Below the pieces are notes generated by a model. It was not told where the DNA came from, made no database searches, and worked only from the letters and a program-made list of their open reading frames with translations. Shown piece by piece: positions 1-8,948 of a DNA stretch of 64,000 bases (the stretch's first letter is position 1; every line of letters begins with the position of its first letter). The DNA comes from an uncultured Acidobacteriota bacterium. GTDB lineage: Bacteria > Acidobacteriota > UBA6911. Made by a program: the position numbers and the translations under genes. Location of the stretch: positions 224,001 to 288,000 of the forward strand of contig CAWHCF010000049.1 of the NCBI GenBank assembly GCA_963827655.1, read 5' to 3'.

Positions 1-51
1 GACGACCTTCGAGACTTGATGGCGACATTGGACCCGACGCGGCCAGGCTGA
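1..51 (+). CDS. 3' end of a CDS cut by the window edge, possibly ferritin-like
   Basis: Frame 1 reads DDLRDLMATLDPTRPG* (TGA 49-51). It resembles the ...EEHADDL tail of ferritin-like proteins, but only 16 aa are visible. Confidence 0.3.
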   Translation, partial: DDLRDLMATLDPTRPG

Positions 52-144
52 GTCGCTCGGGGCTCAATGCTCCGAGGTCCATAGGGAAAGAGCGTACGCA
101 GTCTACCCTCGAATGCGTGCGGCACTACAGAAAGGAGCTCTATC

Positions 145-633
145 ATGGCAACTTTGGTAACCGGCATATTCAAAACGCGGTCAGGCGCCGAACGTGCGGT
201 CAACGACCTCATAAGCAACGGATTCTCGCGCGATGACATAAGCTTGCTGATGTCAGACATGACACGGGGACGAGAGTTCGGTGTGGAAATGGCGACCAAA
301 GCCCCGGAAGGGGCGGCGGCTGGCGCAACGGTGGGAGGAGTCCTCGGAGCAATTGCGGCCGGCCTGGTCGTTCTCGGGACCATCGTGGTTCCAGGCCTGG
401 GTCTTCTTGCCGCGGGACCGGTAGTCGCAATCCTGGCAGGACTAGGCGCCGGCGCCGCTGCCGGAGGTCTGACTGGCGCGCTGATTGGCCTTGGAATTCC
501 GGAACATGAGGCCAAGTTCTTTAACGACGCTATTGAACGCGGCGGAATTCTTGTCGGCGTCTATGCTCACGACGACAAAAAGGAAGTCGCCCGGAAAATC
601 CTCGATGCCGCCGGGGCCGACAAAGTGAAGTGA
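145..633 (+). CDS. General stress protein (17M/YflT-like N-terminus plus glycine-zipper membrane segment)
   Basis: GIFKTRSGAERAVNDL N-terminus, long Gly/Ala hydrophobic region, GALIGLGIPEHEAK and GGILVGV motifs. SD AAAGGAG upstream. Confidence 0.8.
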   Translation: MATLVTGIFKTRSGAERAVNDLISNGFSRDDISLLMSDMTRGREFGVEMATKAPEGAAAGATVGGVLGAIAAGLVVLGTIVVPGLGLLAAGPVVAILAGLGAGAAAGGLTGALIGLGIPEHEAKFFNDAIERGGILVGVYAHDDKKEVARKILDAAGADKVK

Positions 634-646
634 CCATAGGCAAAGA

Positions 647-737
647 TTCTTGGTGTTTCTTCGTGTCTTCGCGTCTTAGTGGTATTTGTTTTGTAGCGGT
701 AACCACCAAGACACGAAGACACTGAGAAGTACGAAGA
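647..737. repeat. Dispersed ~50-bp repeat (ACCACCAAGACRCGAAGAC family), back-to-back arms
   Basis: TTCTTGGTGTTTCTTCGTGTCTTCGCGTCTTAGTGGTATTTGT followed by ACCACCAAGACACGAAGACAC. Related copies occur at ~7772, 20210, 22940, 37491, 40609, 50861, 52135, 53432 and 61556. Confidence 0.75.
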
Positions 738-786
738 GCACCTCCGTTCCCCTCCAAGATAAACAAATCTTCCCATTAGATTAGAT

Positions 787-802
787 TGGTTCGCTAATTG
801 CA
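787..802 (+). promoter_or_regulatory. Putative sigma54 (-24/-12) promoter
   Basis: TGGTTCGCTAATTGCA fits GG-N10-GC with TTGCA, about 50 nt before the ATG at 853. Confidence 0.55.
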
Positions 803-852
803 TCACTACTTTGCGTGTTTCATGCTGTTCCCGATTCCTGGGGAGGTTCACG

Positions 853-1044
853 ATGAATTGCAGCTTTGAAAAATTGGTGCTTTACCTCGATAGAAAACTG
901 AATTTGGACGCACAGCTTGAGCTACTGGAACATCTGGAGAAATGTGGGAACTGCTTTGACGCCGTTTATCATATTTCACGCGATCGGGATGCCAGGTTCT
1001 TCGTCCGCCGGCCAATGGAATTGGAGGTTTTGGTGTCAAGTTAA
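853..1044 (+). CDS. Small zinc-finger (zf-HC2/ZAS anti-sigma-like) protein
   Basis: MNC...LYLDRKL...HLEKCGNC contains HxxxCxxC. SD GGAGG at 842-846. No TM segment. Confidence 0.7.
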   Translation: MNCSFEKLVLYLDRKLNLDAQLELLEHLEKCGNCFDAVYHISRDRDARFFVRRPMELEVLVSS

Positions 1045-1167
1045 CGGCTGCTCTTCCATGGGTGGTTGCGGTAACGAAGGTTTCCCCACGGGAGAGTTTC
1101 CCCCCACGAGTTTCCCCCCTTGGCGGAACGTTTGTTCCGGCGCCCGCGCTGAGGCTGCCCAGGCGCG

Positions 1168-1183
1168 CGGCACCTTTATTACA
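1168..1183 (+). promoter_or_regulatory. Degenerate sigma54 promoter for the csbD-like gene
   Basis: CGGCACCTTTATTACA (TTACA instead of TTGCA), with GGGAGAGTTTCCC at 1090-1102 upstream. Confidence 0.4.
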
Positions 1184-1208
1184 GGCAGCCAATCATATGG
1201 AGAGAGCA

Positions 1209-1457
1209 ATGAATCAGGATGTCATGGAGGGAAAGTGGAAACAAATACGCGGGGAGGTAAAGAAGTGGTGGGGCCAGCTCACCGATGATGATCTCGACAC
1301 GGTGGCCGGCAATAAAGACAAGTTGATTGGAAAGCTGCAGGAAAGGTATGGCTACGCCAAGGAGAAGGCGGAAGAAGAAGTCGATCGGCGCTTGCGAGAG
1401 TACACAGCGGCGCAGAGAGATTTCGTCCAGCCTGCAGGCTCCAAAGGGTCCAGGTAA
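1209..1457 (+). CDS. csbD: CsbD/YjbJ family stress protein
   Basis: MNQDVMEGKWKQIRGEVKKWWGQLTDDDL...GKLQERYG is the CsbD signature. Confidence 0.92.
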   Translation: MNQDVMEGKWKQIRGEVKKWWGQLTDDDLDTVAGNKDKLIGKLQERYGYAKEKAEEEVDRRLREYTAAQRDFVQPAGSKGSR

Positions 1458-1482
1458 GAGCTGGCCCGAATGATTGCGGAGC

Positions 1483-1512
1483 AAAGGGGGGTGTTCACAC
1501 CCCCCTTTTCTT
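1483..1512 (+). terminator. Intrinsic terminator
   Basis: AAAGGGGGGTGT-TC-ACACCCCCCTTTTCTT hairpin with T tail after csbD. Confidence 0.75.
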
Positions 1513-1551
1513 CTGTTCCCTATGTTCGCGCCATAACCGGGAAGGAACTTC

Positions 1552-1994
1552 ATGCCTAAGAAAAGCAAAGCCACGCCGGGAGAAAGGAAGCCGTGCCGGC
1601 GGCGCAGCAGTGACCGAAGAGTCAAAGCGCGCGCCGGAGCCCGAGGTACAACAAGAGTTCGATGATGCTCAGCGTCTGGGGTCTGGCAGCGATCAGCTTT
1701 TACGCCGCCTTCGTGACCACCACTCCAGGACGCCCAAGTTATCGGGGGGTGATATTGATGCGGCCTGGGATCTGGCCGACGTCGGGGAAGAGACCGTAGG
1801 CGGTTCGACGCCGACGCCCGATCAGAACGTTGTGGATGAACTAGGCGAAGCCGTGGGACTGACCTACCAGGATAACGAAGAGCTACACACTGACTGAGAA
1901 GCTTGAAAAACGTGACCGGCACCGTTGGGATCTCGATCCTGCCTCGGCTGACGATTATCCAGAGCGCAGCAAGCGGAAGAAGGACGGAGCCTAG
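1552..1994 (+). CDS. DUF6335 family protein (frameshifted)
   Basis: LSGGDIDAAW...GEETVGGSTPTPDQNVVDELGEAVG in ORF 1610-1897. The C-terminus EKLEKRDRHRWDLDPAS continues in another frame after ~1890. The ATG at 1552 is also out of frame. Confidence 0.75.
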
Positions 1995-1999
1995 CGTCT

Positions 2000-2092
2000 T
2001 CGAAATTCGGTGACAGGCACCAAATTGCGGGTCAAGAGAAGCCAAAGGCTGGTGTTTTGCCACGCAATTTGGTGCCTGTCACCGAATTTCGA
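2000..2092. repeat. Perfect 30-bp inverted repeat with 33-nt loop (REP-like)
   Basis: TCGAAATTCGGTGACAGGCACCAAATTGCG (2000-2029) and its exact reverse complement (2063-2092). A half-site GGTACCTGTCACCGAAAT recurs at ~14401. Confidence 0.85.
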
Positions 2093-2120
2093 GGCGACGA
2101 AGACGCCAACAGATGGGCAC

Positions 2121-2579
2121 TTACCGATGGCGGAAGAATTCCAGCGCGATCTCCGACAGTGCGTTAATTGCGGGTTCCGCATATCGGCCGGTTCGACGGC
2201 GCGAGCCGCCACTGGCAAGCAGCAGGCCGACTCCGATCCCGGCTCCGAAAGCTATCAGCGTCAATTGGCCCGGATGTTCGCGCCCAAAGCTCATGGCCTG
2301 GTCATAGGTTGAACTGACCGCTTGTGCAGTCTTGTCGTAAGCCTCGTTGACCGTCTTTCGCGTCTGGTCGTAGACTTCCGTGGCGCGATCTCGCAACTGA
2401 GATCCGGCTTCCGCGGCGCGGTCTCGCAACTCAGCGCCGACTTCGGCGGCACGATTCCGGAACTCACTGCCGGCGGTCGGGTTATTGGGATTGCCCCCGG
2501 CTGACCACCTGGGTTCTCCACCCGTGCTATGGACACTGCCGGGTCTTTCCAGTTCGGGATTGGGTTTGTTCGGTTCCAT
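2121..2579 (-). CDS. DUF883/ElaB-like tail-anchored stress protein
   Basis: Helical repeats (RDRAAE..), then REHPGQLTLIAFGAGIGVGLLL membrane anchor. Confidence 0.75.
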   Translation of the reverse strand: MEPNKPNPELERPGSVHSTGGEPRWSAGGNPNNPTAGSEFRNRAAEVGAELRDRAAEAGSQLRDRATEVYDQTRKTVNEAYDKTAQAVSSTYDQAMSFGREHPGQLTLIAFGAGIGVGLLLASGGSRRRTGRYAEPAINALSEIALEFFRHR

Positions 2580-2652
2580 AAGATGATTCCTCCTTTTTAA
2601 AGTTTTATCTAACGCTGCTACTGAGGGGTACGTTCTTCGGGCTCGAGCCGGT

Positions 2653-3111
2653 TTATTCGGCTGCCGGGTCAGGCTGCTCCCAGCGCGTATCGCTCCCGCT
2701 CCTGGTGGATTTGAAGGCTTGAACGACCGCCTTCGTGAGTACTCCAGCGATTGCCGATCTAAGAAAACTCGGGCCTGCCGTCCTCAGGAACAGGCTGGTT
2801 ACGGAATGGCGCACGTCATCTGTGAAGTCCTCAATGGTTTCGGCCAGAGCATCCATGATCCGCTCCCGAGGCGTGGGGCGATGCTTGAAGGCCCCGGAAA
2901 TGAGGACACCCACGGCCGCCGCCGCGCCCAGCGCCATGTAGGGATGCTGTGCGACCTGCTCACGCCAGTCCAGCTTTCGCTGTAGATGCTCACCCAGGCG
3001 ATCGACCGTTTCAGATATGGACTCGCGCTTGGCCGCAATATCCTGACGTATTTCTTCGGCGCTCCTTTGCCAGGGTTGTTCAACGCTTCTCAGGTCATTT
3101 CTTTCAGCCAT
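2653..3111 (-). CDS. DUF3618 domain protein
   Basis: RSAEEIRQDIAAKRESISETVDRL followed by QHPYMALGAAAAVGVLI. Start taken at the ATG at 3111. Confidence 0.8.
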   Translation of the reverse strand: MAERNDLRSVEQPWQRSAEEIRQDIAAKRESISETVDRLGEHLQRKLDWREQVAQHPYMALGAAAAVGVLISGAFKHRPTPRERIMDALAETIEDFTDDVRHSVTSLFLRTAGPSFLRSAIAGVLTKAVVQAFKSTRSGSDTRWEQPDPAAE

Positions 3112-3494
3112 TCCTTGTCCTCCTTCAGGGAACGAACAGTCTCTTTCGGCTTTAGACGGGCCCGCTTGAGCCGGCGAATGCCCGACGAGGCTACGATCCC
3201 ACCAACTAGAGCCAGCCCGAGTCCGATAATGAGCGCCGACATGCCGATACCGATAAGAATGCCGAGACCGATGACCGCTGCGGCGCAAAGCGTGAAGAGC
3301 GCTAGAAGGCCAAGCACCACGCTGACGGCGAGTGTGACGAGACCCGACCGCAGCCTCGCCAGGTTCTCGCGCATTTCCTCTTTGGCAAGCTCGATCTGGT
3401 CCCGGATCAAAGCCGCGGAAGTGCTTGCCAGCTGGCTCAATAGCTCGCCGAACGACTCGCGGGGCTCACTGGTTTCCACCTGACGCTGATTCAT
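3090..3494 (-). CDS. Phage-holin-like (YqjE family) membrane protein
   Basis: SFGELLSQL...LIRDQIELAKEEM, two TM helices, PKETVRSLKEDKEWLK. Confidence 0.85.
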   Translation of the reverse strand: MNQRQVETSEPRESFGELLSQLASTSAALIRDQIELAKEEMRENLARLRSGLVTLAVSVVLGLLALFTLCAAAVIGLGILIGIGMSALIIGLGLALVGGIVASSGIRRLKRARLKPKETVRSLKEDKEWLKEMT

Positions 3495-3498
3495 AGAC

Positions 3499-3864
3499 TC
3501 ATCTCCGTCTGAACAGACTTCCTATGATGAGTCCGGCGGCTGCGGCAATTAGCAGACTTCGGCCTGGGTTGCGGCGAACCTTTTCCTCAATGTCAGACCT
3601 GACCGTCTGAAAGTCCATGTCCCGCACATAATCTGCTGAAGCGTTCAACCAGCGCGATGCCTGGTAACCATAATGACTCAAGTTGCTCTGCTCGCCTGCC
3701 TCCTCGACCTTATCCTGGATGACACCGGCGGCGGTGCGCAGTGAATCAGAAACGCTCGCCTTCAGGTTGCTAAACGTCGAACCTGAGCTTTCGAAAGTCG
3801 ATTCGGAGACAGCCCTTTCGGGGAAATCCATCGGGATATCTTGCGAACTGTTTTTTTCTTCCAT
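3499..3864 (-). CDS. DUF883/ElaB/YqjD family protein
   Basis: C-terminal VRRNPGRSLLIAAAAGLIIGSLFRRR. Confidence 0.8.
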   Translation of the reverse strand: MEEKNSSQDIPMDFPERAVSESTFESSGSTFSNLKASVSDSLRTAAGVIQDKVEEAGEQSNLSHYGYQASRWLNASADYVRDMDFQTVRSDIEEKVRRNPGRSLLIAAAAGLIIGSLFRRR

Positions 3865-3989
3865 TATTCAAAACCTCGACAGGTACCAATCTTCCTTGTC
3901 CGGGAACCATGGGGCGACAAACGAGGACACACAATCGCCCCGTCGCTTCGATGTTTACAATCCACTCTCGGCACTTCGCGCTTAACGAG

Positions 3990-4005
3990 TGCAAAGTCTG
4001 TGCCA
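3990..4005 (-). promoter_or_regulatory. Sigma54 promoter of the DUF883-YqjE-DUF3618 operon
   Basis: Minus strand reads TGGCACAGACTTTGCA, a near-perfect TGGCAC-N5-TTGCA. Confidence 0.8.
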
Positions 4006-4094
4006 GCGTGAAATCAGGTTCATTATCAGACTCGCGTTCGAACGACTTCGGGTATTCGGTTCAGGCGAATCTCAAGTCATATCGATAAACACCT

Positions 4095-4107
4095 GGGAAA
4101 TTTTCCC
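4095..4107. promoter_or_regulatory. Palindromic putative enhancer (bEBP site)
   Basis: GGGAAATTTTCCC about 90 bp upstream of the sigma54 site. Confidence 0.5.
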
Positions 4108-4137
4108 GCCGCGAAGGGCTTAACGTTGCTTGCTGAG

Positions 4138-5707
4138 TCAGGGATTTTCAATGACTAGCGGGCGGGGTTCAGGAGAGATCTCATCTTCGACGGCGAGGTC
4201 GCTTATGGCAGGACCATTGATGACTCTGCCGTAGTGGTCGAAACGTGAGCCATGGCAGGGGCAATCCCAGGTTCCCTCGGCTGAGTTCCACGCTACCACG
4301 CAGCCGAGATGGGTACAGACGGCCGACCGGCCGTGCAGGTTCCCGCGCACATCCCGGTAGACCGCGACCTTCTTGAGTCCTCGGCGGACGACCGCGCCGG
4401 TCCCAGGCTGAATGTCGTCGGTAGACGAGACTTCGCCTCCGGTCAGCCAGTCCGTGTATTGGACCGCGACATTTATATTCTCTCGCGTGAATTCTGCAGC
4501 GGCTCTAAGGGTAATGCGCGACGGATCATAGAGAGCTTCCCAGGGATTCTTTCTTCCCTGAATCATGTCAGTCAGGAGAATACCGGCAATGGTTCCGTGC
4601 GTCATGCCTTGTCCCGAATCTCCGGTCGCGACGTATACATTGGACTGATCCAGGGGGTTGTGTCCGATGAATGCAAGGTAATCTATCGGCTCCATGACCT
4701 GTCCGGACCATCGGAACTCGATCCCTTCAATCATGGGAAATCGAGCGCCGGCCCATTCTTCAAGCTGAGCCCAACGCTGCGCCGCGTCGTTGGCTTGCCC
4801 CGTCTTGTGATCTTCGCCTCCTACGATAAGGAGATCATAGCCCTGGCTCGGTTCCTCCTGCAGCCTGATGTAGTGATAAGGGTCGGCTGTGTCCCAGAAG
4901 AGACCCTTGCCTACCGATCCTGGCTTTACTCGTGCGCCGATCACGTATGTCCGGTATGCCGCCTGCTTCGTGTGAATGGAAACCAGATCGTTGACCGGGG
5001 TATTGGTCGCAACCACGACCGCCTGGGCGGTAACAACCCGGCCGTTATTCGCTGTGATACGCGCGGGAACGCCTCCCTTGATGCTGTCCACATGGGTGCC
5101 CGTCTTGATAACCCCCCTATATTTGTTTTCGATTGCGTGGACAACTCCCGCCAGGTACTTCAAGGGATGAAACTGTCCCTGGCGTGGAAAGCGGAGACAA
5201 GGTCCGGTGTCGAAGGCTTTGAGCGGCGCATGGTCGAGGCGGCGCACCTGTGTCAAACCCGCGCGGTGCGCTGCTTCGAGTTCACGGTCGAGCAGTTCTC
5301 TGGATCCTCCTGGATGGAGAAAGAGGTAACCGTCGACTCTTTCGAAATCGCAATCGATTGCCTCTTCGGCCACAATGGATTCAATGCGGTCGATTGCCGT
5401 CGTGTGACTCTCGGCGCACAGCCGCGCTCCCTCTTGCCCATGGAGGCGCTCGATCTCGAAGTAGCGGTCGTCCATTGCGTTACTGAGGTGCGCCGTGGTG
5501 CGCGAGGTTTCGCCGCCCCCGATCAAACCGTCGTCGAGAACCACTACCGATTTCCCTTCGCGCGCCAGGCAATAGGCGGTGGTTATTCCCGCGATTCCGC
5601 GCGCCCACGATGCAGACGTCGGCATTTAGATCCTGGAGCAGCGAGCCTCGTGGAGCGGGTGCGGCATCCATCCAGACCGACACGCTTCGCCCGGACTCGT
5701 TGTTCAT
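4138..5707 (-). CDS. FAD-dependent oxidoreductase with C-terminal Rieske [2Fe-2S] domain (YhfW-like), frameshift ~5600
   Basis: N-terminal SVWM...ADVCIVGA joins GIAGITTA (GxGxxG) across an indel. C-terminal CTHLGC...[10 protein letters not shown]. Confidence 0.9.
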
Positions 5708-6224
5708 GATTCGCTCCTTTGCCCGGAAGACGAAACTTGCGTGAGCTGTGGATTAGGTAGTCGCCGGACTGGCTCAAGCCTCCATTCGACGATCTCACTT
5801 GCATCTGCGGTGATGCGAATGTAACGAATGGTCCCCTCGTACCCCGGCATTGCTGCCCGCACCTGGTGCCTTCCTGAAGGGAGGTCGCTCAGGATGATTG
5901 GAGAAGTACCCAGTTGCTGCCCATCGACGAAGATTGTCGCGCCCGGTGGTGATGTGCGTACATGAAGTTGTCCATAGCGTGGCCGTAGCGTCTCAAGCAT
6001 GAAGCCGGCGCAGTAGACAAGGACTGCCATCGCCGTAAGCCCGGCGATGCACGCCGGCAATCGGCCCGAAGCCCCTCGCCGCGCGGAATTGTGCAGTTTT
6101 GATTTTGAACCATGATGCACGGAACGGCAGCTGGATGCAGTTCCGCAGCATCAATAGGACAGAACCGAAAATACGCTGGATAAACATTACCGCAAGAATT
6201 ACACCCGATCTTTCCCGTTCGCAT
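5704..6224 (-). CDS. Zinc-ribbon + TM + PEGA domain protein (probable frameshift ~6100)
   Basis: ORF 5889-6224 starts CNSCG...FCPID. ORF 5704-6120 has a TM segment then LHVRTSPPGATIFVDG...G.SP...GRHQVR (PEGA). Confidence 0.65.
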
Positions 6225-6300
6225 GTGCCAGCCCCCCGTATCGGTTAAGCCTTATGGCCGCCGCCTTCAGCGCGGTGAGAGAGCACTCGGCGCATTTCCA

Positions 6301-6316
6301 GGCAATCGACGTGCCA
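6301..6316 (-). promoter_or_regulatory. Sigma54 promoter for the PEGA-yhfW unit
   Basis: Minus strand TGGCACGTCGATTGCC. A palindrome-like GGGAAAATATTCCC lies at 6394-6407. Confidence 0.75.
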
Positions 6317-6509
6317 CAGCAACGTCGAGGGTTAACCCCTGTTTGATCGAGAGGATTCCTTGATGATGTGAACGTAGGTCCACACGTCCGCCAGGGAAAA
6401 TATTCCCCTTTCGGCTTGCGTCTTTGAGTCTTTGCGGTGAGTGCAGAAAAAGGCGAAAGCCACGTCCTGCTTTCGCTCGATTGACGATTGGACTCCTGAG
6501 GTCGCTATT

Positions 6510-7667
6510 TTACGGAATCTCCTCGATCTGAAAGCCTAAAGCTCCGAGCGTCGCCCCCAGCGCGGTTTGCCCTGGCGAGATTCCAACAAGGAAGTGCCGG
6601 AACTCCGGTCGCAACGGGTATTCATCTCGCAGCCGGTCAAAGTCCCCGGCGATCTGGTCGGGTGAGAGAGATCTCAGAGCCCGGAGGTTTGCGTCATCCT
6701 GCATAATGTCGTAAGCCTGGAGCACAACCGAGTGCAGAGCATCCTGTCCTGTGCTTTCGGGCGCTGGACGAATCTTGCGCGGCGGCGGATAAGCCAGCGC
6801 GCTGTCCCAGGGGTTGGCGCAACCGAAATGCCGGCACAGCGCCTCCAGAATCATCTCGATCCCCCGGATCTTTCCATCCACGGAATACCCGGCAATATGG
6901 GGGGTCCCGATGTCGACGAGGTCGAGAAGAGTCGGGTCAACCCTGGGTTCGCCCTCCCAGACATCCAGGACAGCTCCGCTGAGGGCTTTTTTGTTCAGAG
7001 CGTCTTTCAGCGCGGGCTCGTGGATCACGGATCCACGCGCCGCGTTGATCAGGAATTGTTGAGGGTTGAGACGGTCGAGAATGCCTTCGTGAATCATGTG
7101 CCGCGTCGGATACTTCCCCGAGCTGGTAAGCGGCACGTGAAGACTTAAGATGTCTTTGTCAAGAACGTCTTCGAAGAAGAGGTAGCGCGGGTCCCGAGTG
7201 CTCTCTCTCAGCGGTGGATCACAAAGGTGCAGCGACATTCCCAGGGCTCGCGCTTTGGTCGCCACTGCGCTTCCTACGCGCCCAGCCCCGATGACCGCAA
7301 TCGACTTGTGCCGCAGGCTGAATTTCCGGGCCTGGCCCAGGACTAATAGCGCGGCGACGACATACTCGGATACCGAATTGGCATTGCACCCTGCCGCATT
7401 CGTGAAGACGATGCCTCGCGATTTCAGGTATTCCTGGTCCACGTGATCCATTCCGATGGTAACGCTTCCCACGAAGCGAACGGCGCTTCGTTCGAGCGCG
7501 CCCGCGTCGACGCGGGTAGCAGACCGGACTATCAATGCATCGGCGTCTCGAACACAGGACGGGGGCAGCCTTCTCCCGTCGAAGGGTCGTACTTCACCGA
7601 GAGGCGAAAAGGCGTCTTCCCAATACGGAATTGCGCCATCTACTGCAAGAATCAGTCGGCGGTTCAT
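6510..7667 (-). CDS. pdxB: Erythronate-4-phosphate dehydrogenase
   Basis: DALIVRS.TRV, GCNANSVSEYV, LHVPLT, LDVWEGEP, TPHIAGYS.DGK, FDRLR..YP.R.EF. Confidence 0.93.
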   Translation of the reverse strand: MNRRLILAVDGAIPYWEDAFSPLGEVRPFDGRRLPPSCVRDADALIVRSATRVDAGALERSAVRFVGSVTIGMDHVDQEYLKSRGIVFTNAAGCNANSVSEYVVAALLVLGQARKFSLRHKSIAVIGAGRVGSAVATKARALGMSLHLCDPPLRESTRDPRYLFFEDVLDKDILSLHVPLTSSGKYPTRHMIHEGILDRLNPQQFLINAARGSVIHEPALKDALNKKALSGAVLDVWEGEPRVDPTLLDLVDIGTPHIAGYSVDGKIRGIEMILEALCRHFGCANPWDSALAYPPPRKIRPAPESTGQDALHSVVLQAYDIMQDDANLRALRSLSPDQIAGDFDRLRDEYPLRPEFRHFLVGISPGQTALGATLGALGFQIEEIP

Positions 7668-7837
7668 GGGAGACTGGTATAATGTAGGCTTTCCCGACCG
7701 AAAGCAACGCTCGGTTGGTTAGCATTTCTTCTAATCTTCGCATGCTAGGTCGTAATGCTTGCTTTTTTGGCAAAATTCTTGGTGTTTCTTCGTGTCTTTG
7801 AGGCTTGGTGGTATTTGTAACATGAGGAGGAAGAGCA

Positions 7838-8842
7838 ATGGCGAAAGCATGGTCTAAAAATCGGCGCGAATTCGTTGTGTTCGTTTCGGCGCTTCTTATC
7901 GCCGGGACGGGCCTGGCGCAGGCTCCAGCGAAGAACTATTCGTTCACGCCGGTTCTTCATTCGGTTAGTTATGCAGGGGTATGGAGAGGGCAGGCCCAGT
8001 TGAATGTCGATCAGTTCCTCCTCAAGGCGAAGGAGCTGGGATTTTCTCACATTGAGCTGATGGCGAAGCGGCCCCACGTTTCCCCGTTGGATTACGATGC
8101 CGAGGGGCGCAAGAAGCTCAAAGCCCGGATACAGGAGTTGGGTTTGAAGCTCGTGTGTCTGGCGGGATATCCCGACTTCACCGCCAGCGTGGACAAGCCG
8201 GGCATTCCGAGCGCAGAGATGAGCGCCGTTTACGTGGGAGAGCTGGCGCGCCTGGCTCGCGACCTCGATGTTCCCATGGTTCGGGTTTTTACCGGATACG
8301 AACGGGCCGGGATACCATTCGATACCCAGTGGGGGATTGTGGTCCAGGGACTCAAGTTGGCCTCGCGCAAGGCGGCCGAGTACGGGGTGACGCTGGCGGT
8401 CCAGAATCATCATGACATCGCCATTCATCCCGAGGCTAACCACTGGCTGATCCGCGAAGTCAACGAACCGAATTGCAAGGCAGCTTTTGACGCCTGGTCG
8501 CCCGCGCTCCAGGGAATCAATGGGAAGGAGCTAGCCGAGGCCGCCTGCAAGATGGTGCCCATGATGGTCTACACCACCGTGGCCGACTACGTGAAGCATC
8601 CGCGCGCCCGATTCGATTCGACCCTGACCAATTACATAAAGCAGGAAGATCTCATCCGCGCCGTGCCTTTCGGAACCGGCTTTATCGACTATAAAGGCTT
8701 CTTCCAGGCTCTCAAGGACTCCGGCTACAAGGGATATGTCGCCTACGAAATGTGTGAGGTTTTGGACGGGGGCGGTTCCATCGAGAACCTGGACAAGACC
8801 GCGCGCCAGTTCCTCGAGTATTTCCGAGACATCGCAAAGTAG
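7838..8842 (+). CDS. Sugar phosphate isomerase/epimerase (xylose-isomerase-like TIM barrel) with signal peptide
   Basis: NRREF then a hydrophobic leader. VQNHHD, GTGFIDY, GYVAYEMC motifs. Confidence 0.8.
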   Translation: MAKAWSKNRREFVVFVSALLIAGTGLAQAPAKNYSFTPVLHSVSYAGVWRGQAQLNVDQFLLKAKELGFSHIELMAKRPHVSPLDYDAEGRKKLKARIQELGLKLVCLAGYPDFTASVDKPGIPSAEMSAVYVGELARLARDLDVPMVRVFTGYERAGIPFDTQWGIVVQGLKLASRKAAEYGVTLAVQNHHDIAIHPEANHWLIREVNEPNCKAAFDAWSPALQGINGKELAEAACKMVPMMVYTTVADYVKHPRARFDSTLTNYIKQEDLIRAVPFGTGFIDYKGFFQALKDSGYKGYVAYEMCEVLDGGGSIENLDKTARQFLEYFRDIAK

Positions 8843-8948
8843 CAGTGAATGTTCTCCGAAGGCCTCACGAGCGACACCGTGATTACCGATCGCGCAAGTA
8901 ATTTCTGCGAAGCGAAGCACGAGACTCGAAGGCGCTAAGCCGGGACGC

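Noticed and set aside
1880-1900. Selenocysteine readthrough at TGA in DUF6335 (also considered at 46854)
   Set aside because: The DUF6335 homologous sequence resumes in a different frame, and the 46854 case is explained by a one-base indel after an ATG.
3090-3494. Prophage holin
   Set aside because: YqjE-type protein in a DUF883/DUF3618 stress operon with no phage genes nearby.
4309-5709. Long antisense ORFs (also 15642-16700, 29205-30260, 36605-37669)
   Set aside because: They are shadows of GC-rich real genes on the opposite strand and have no motifs.
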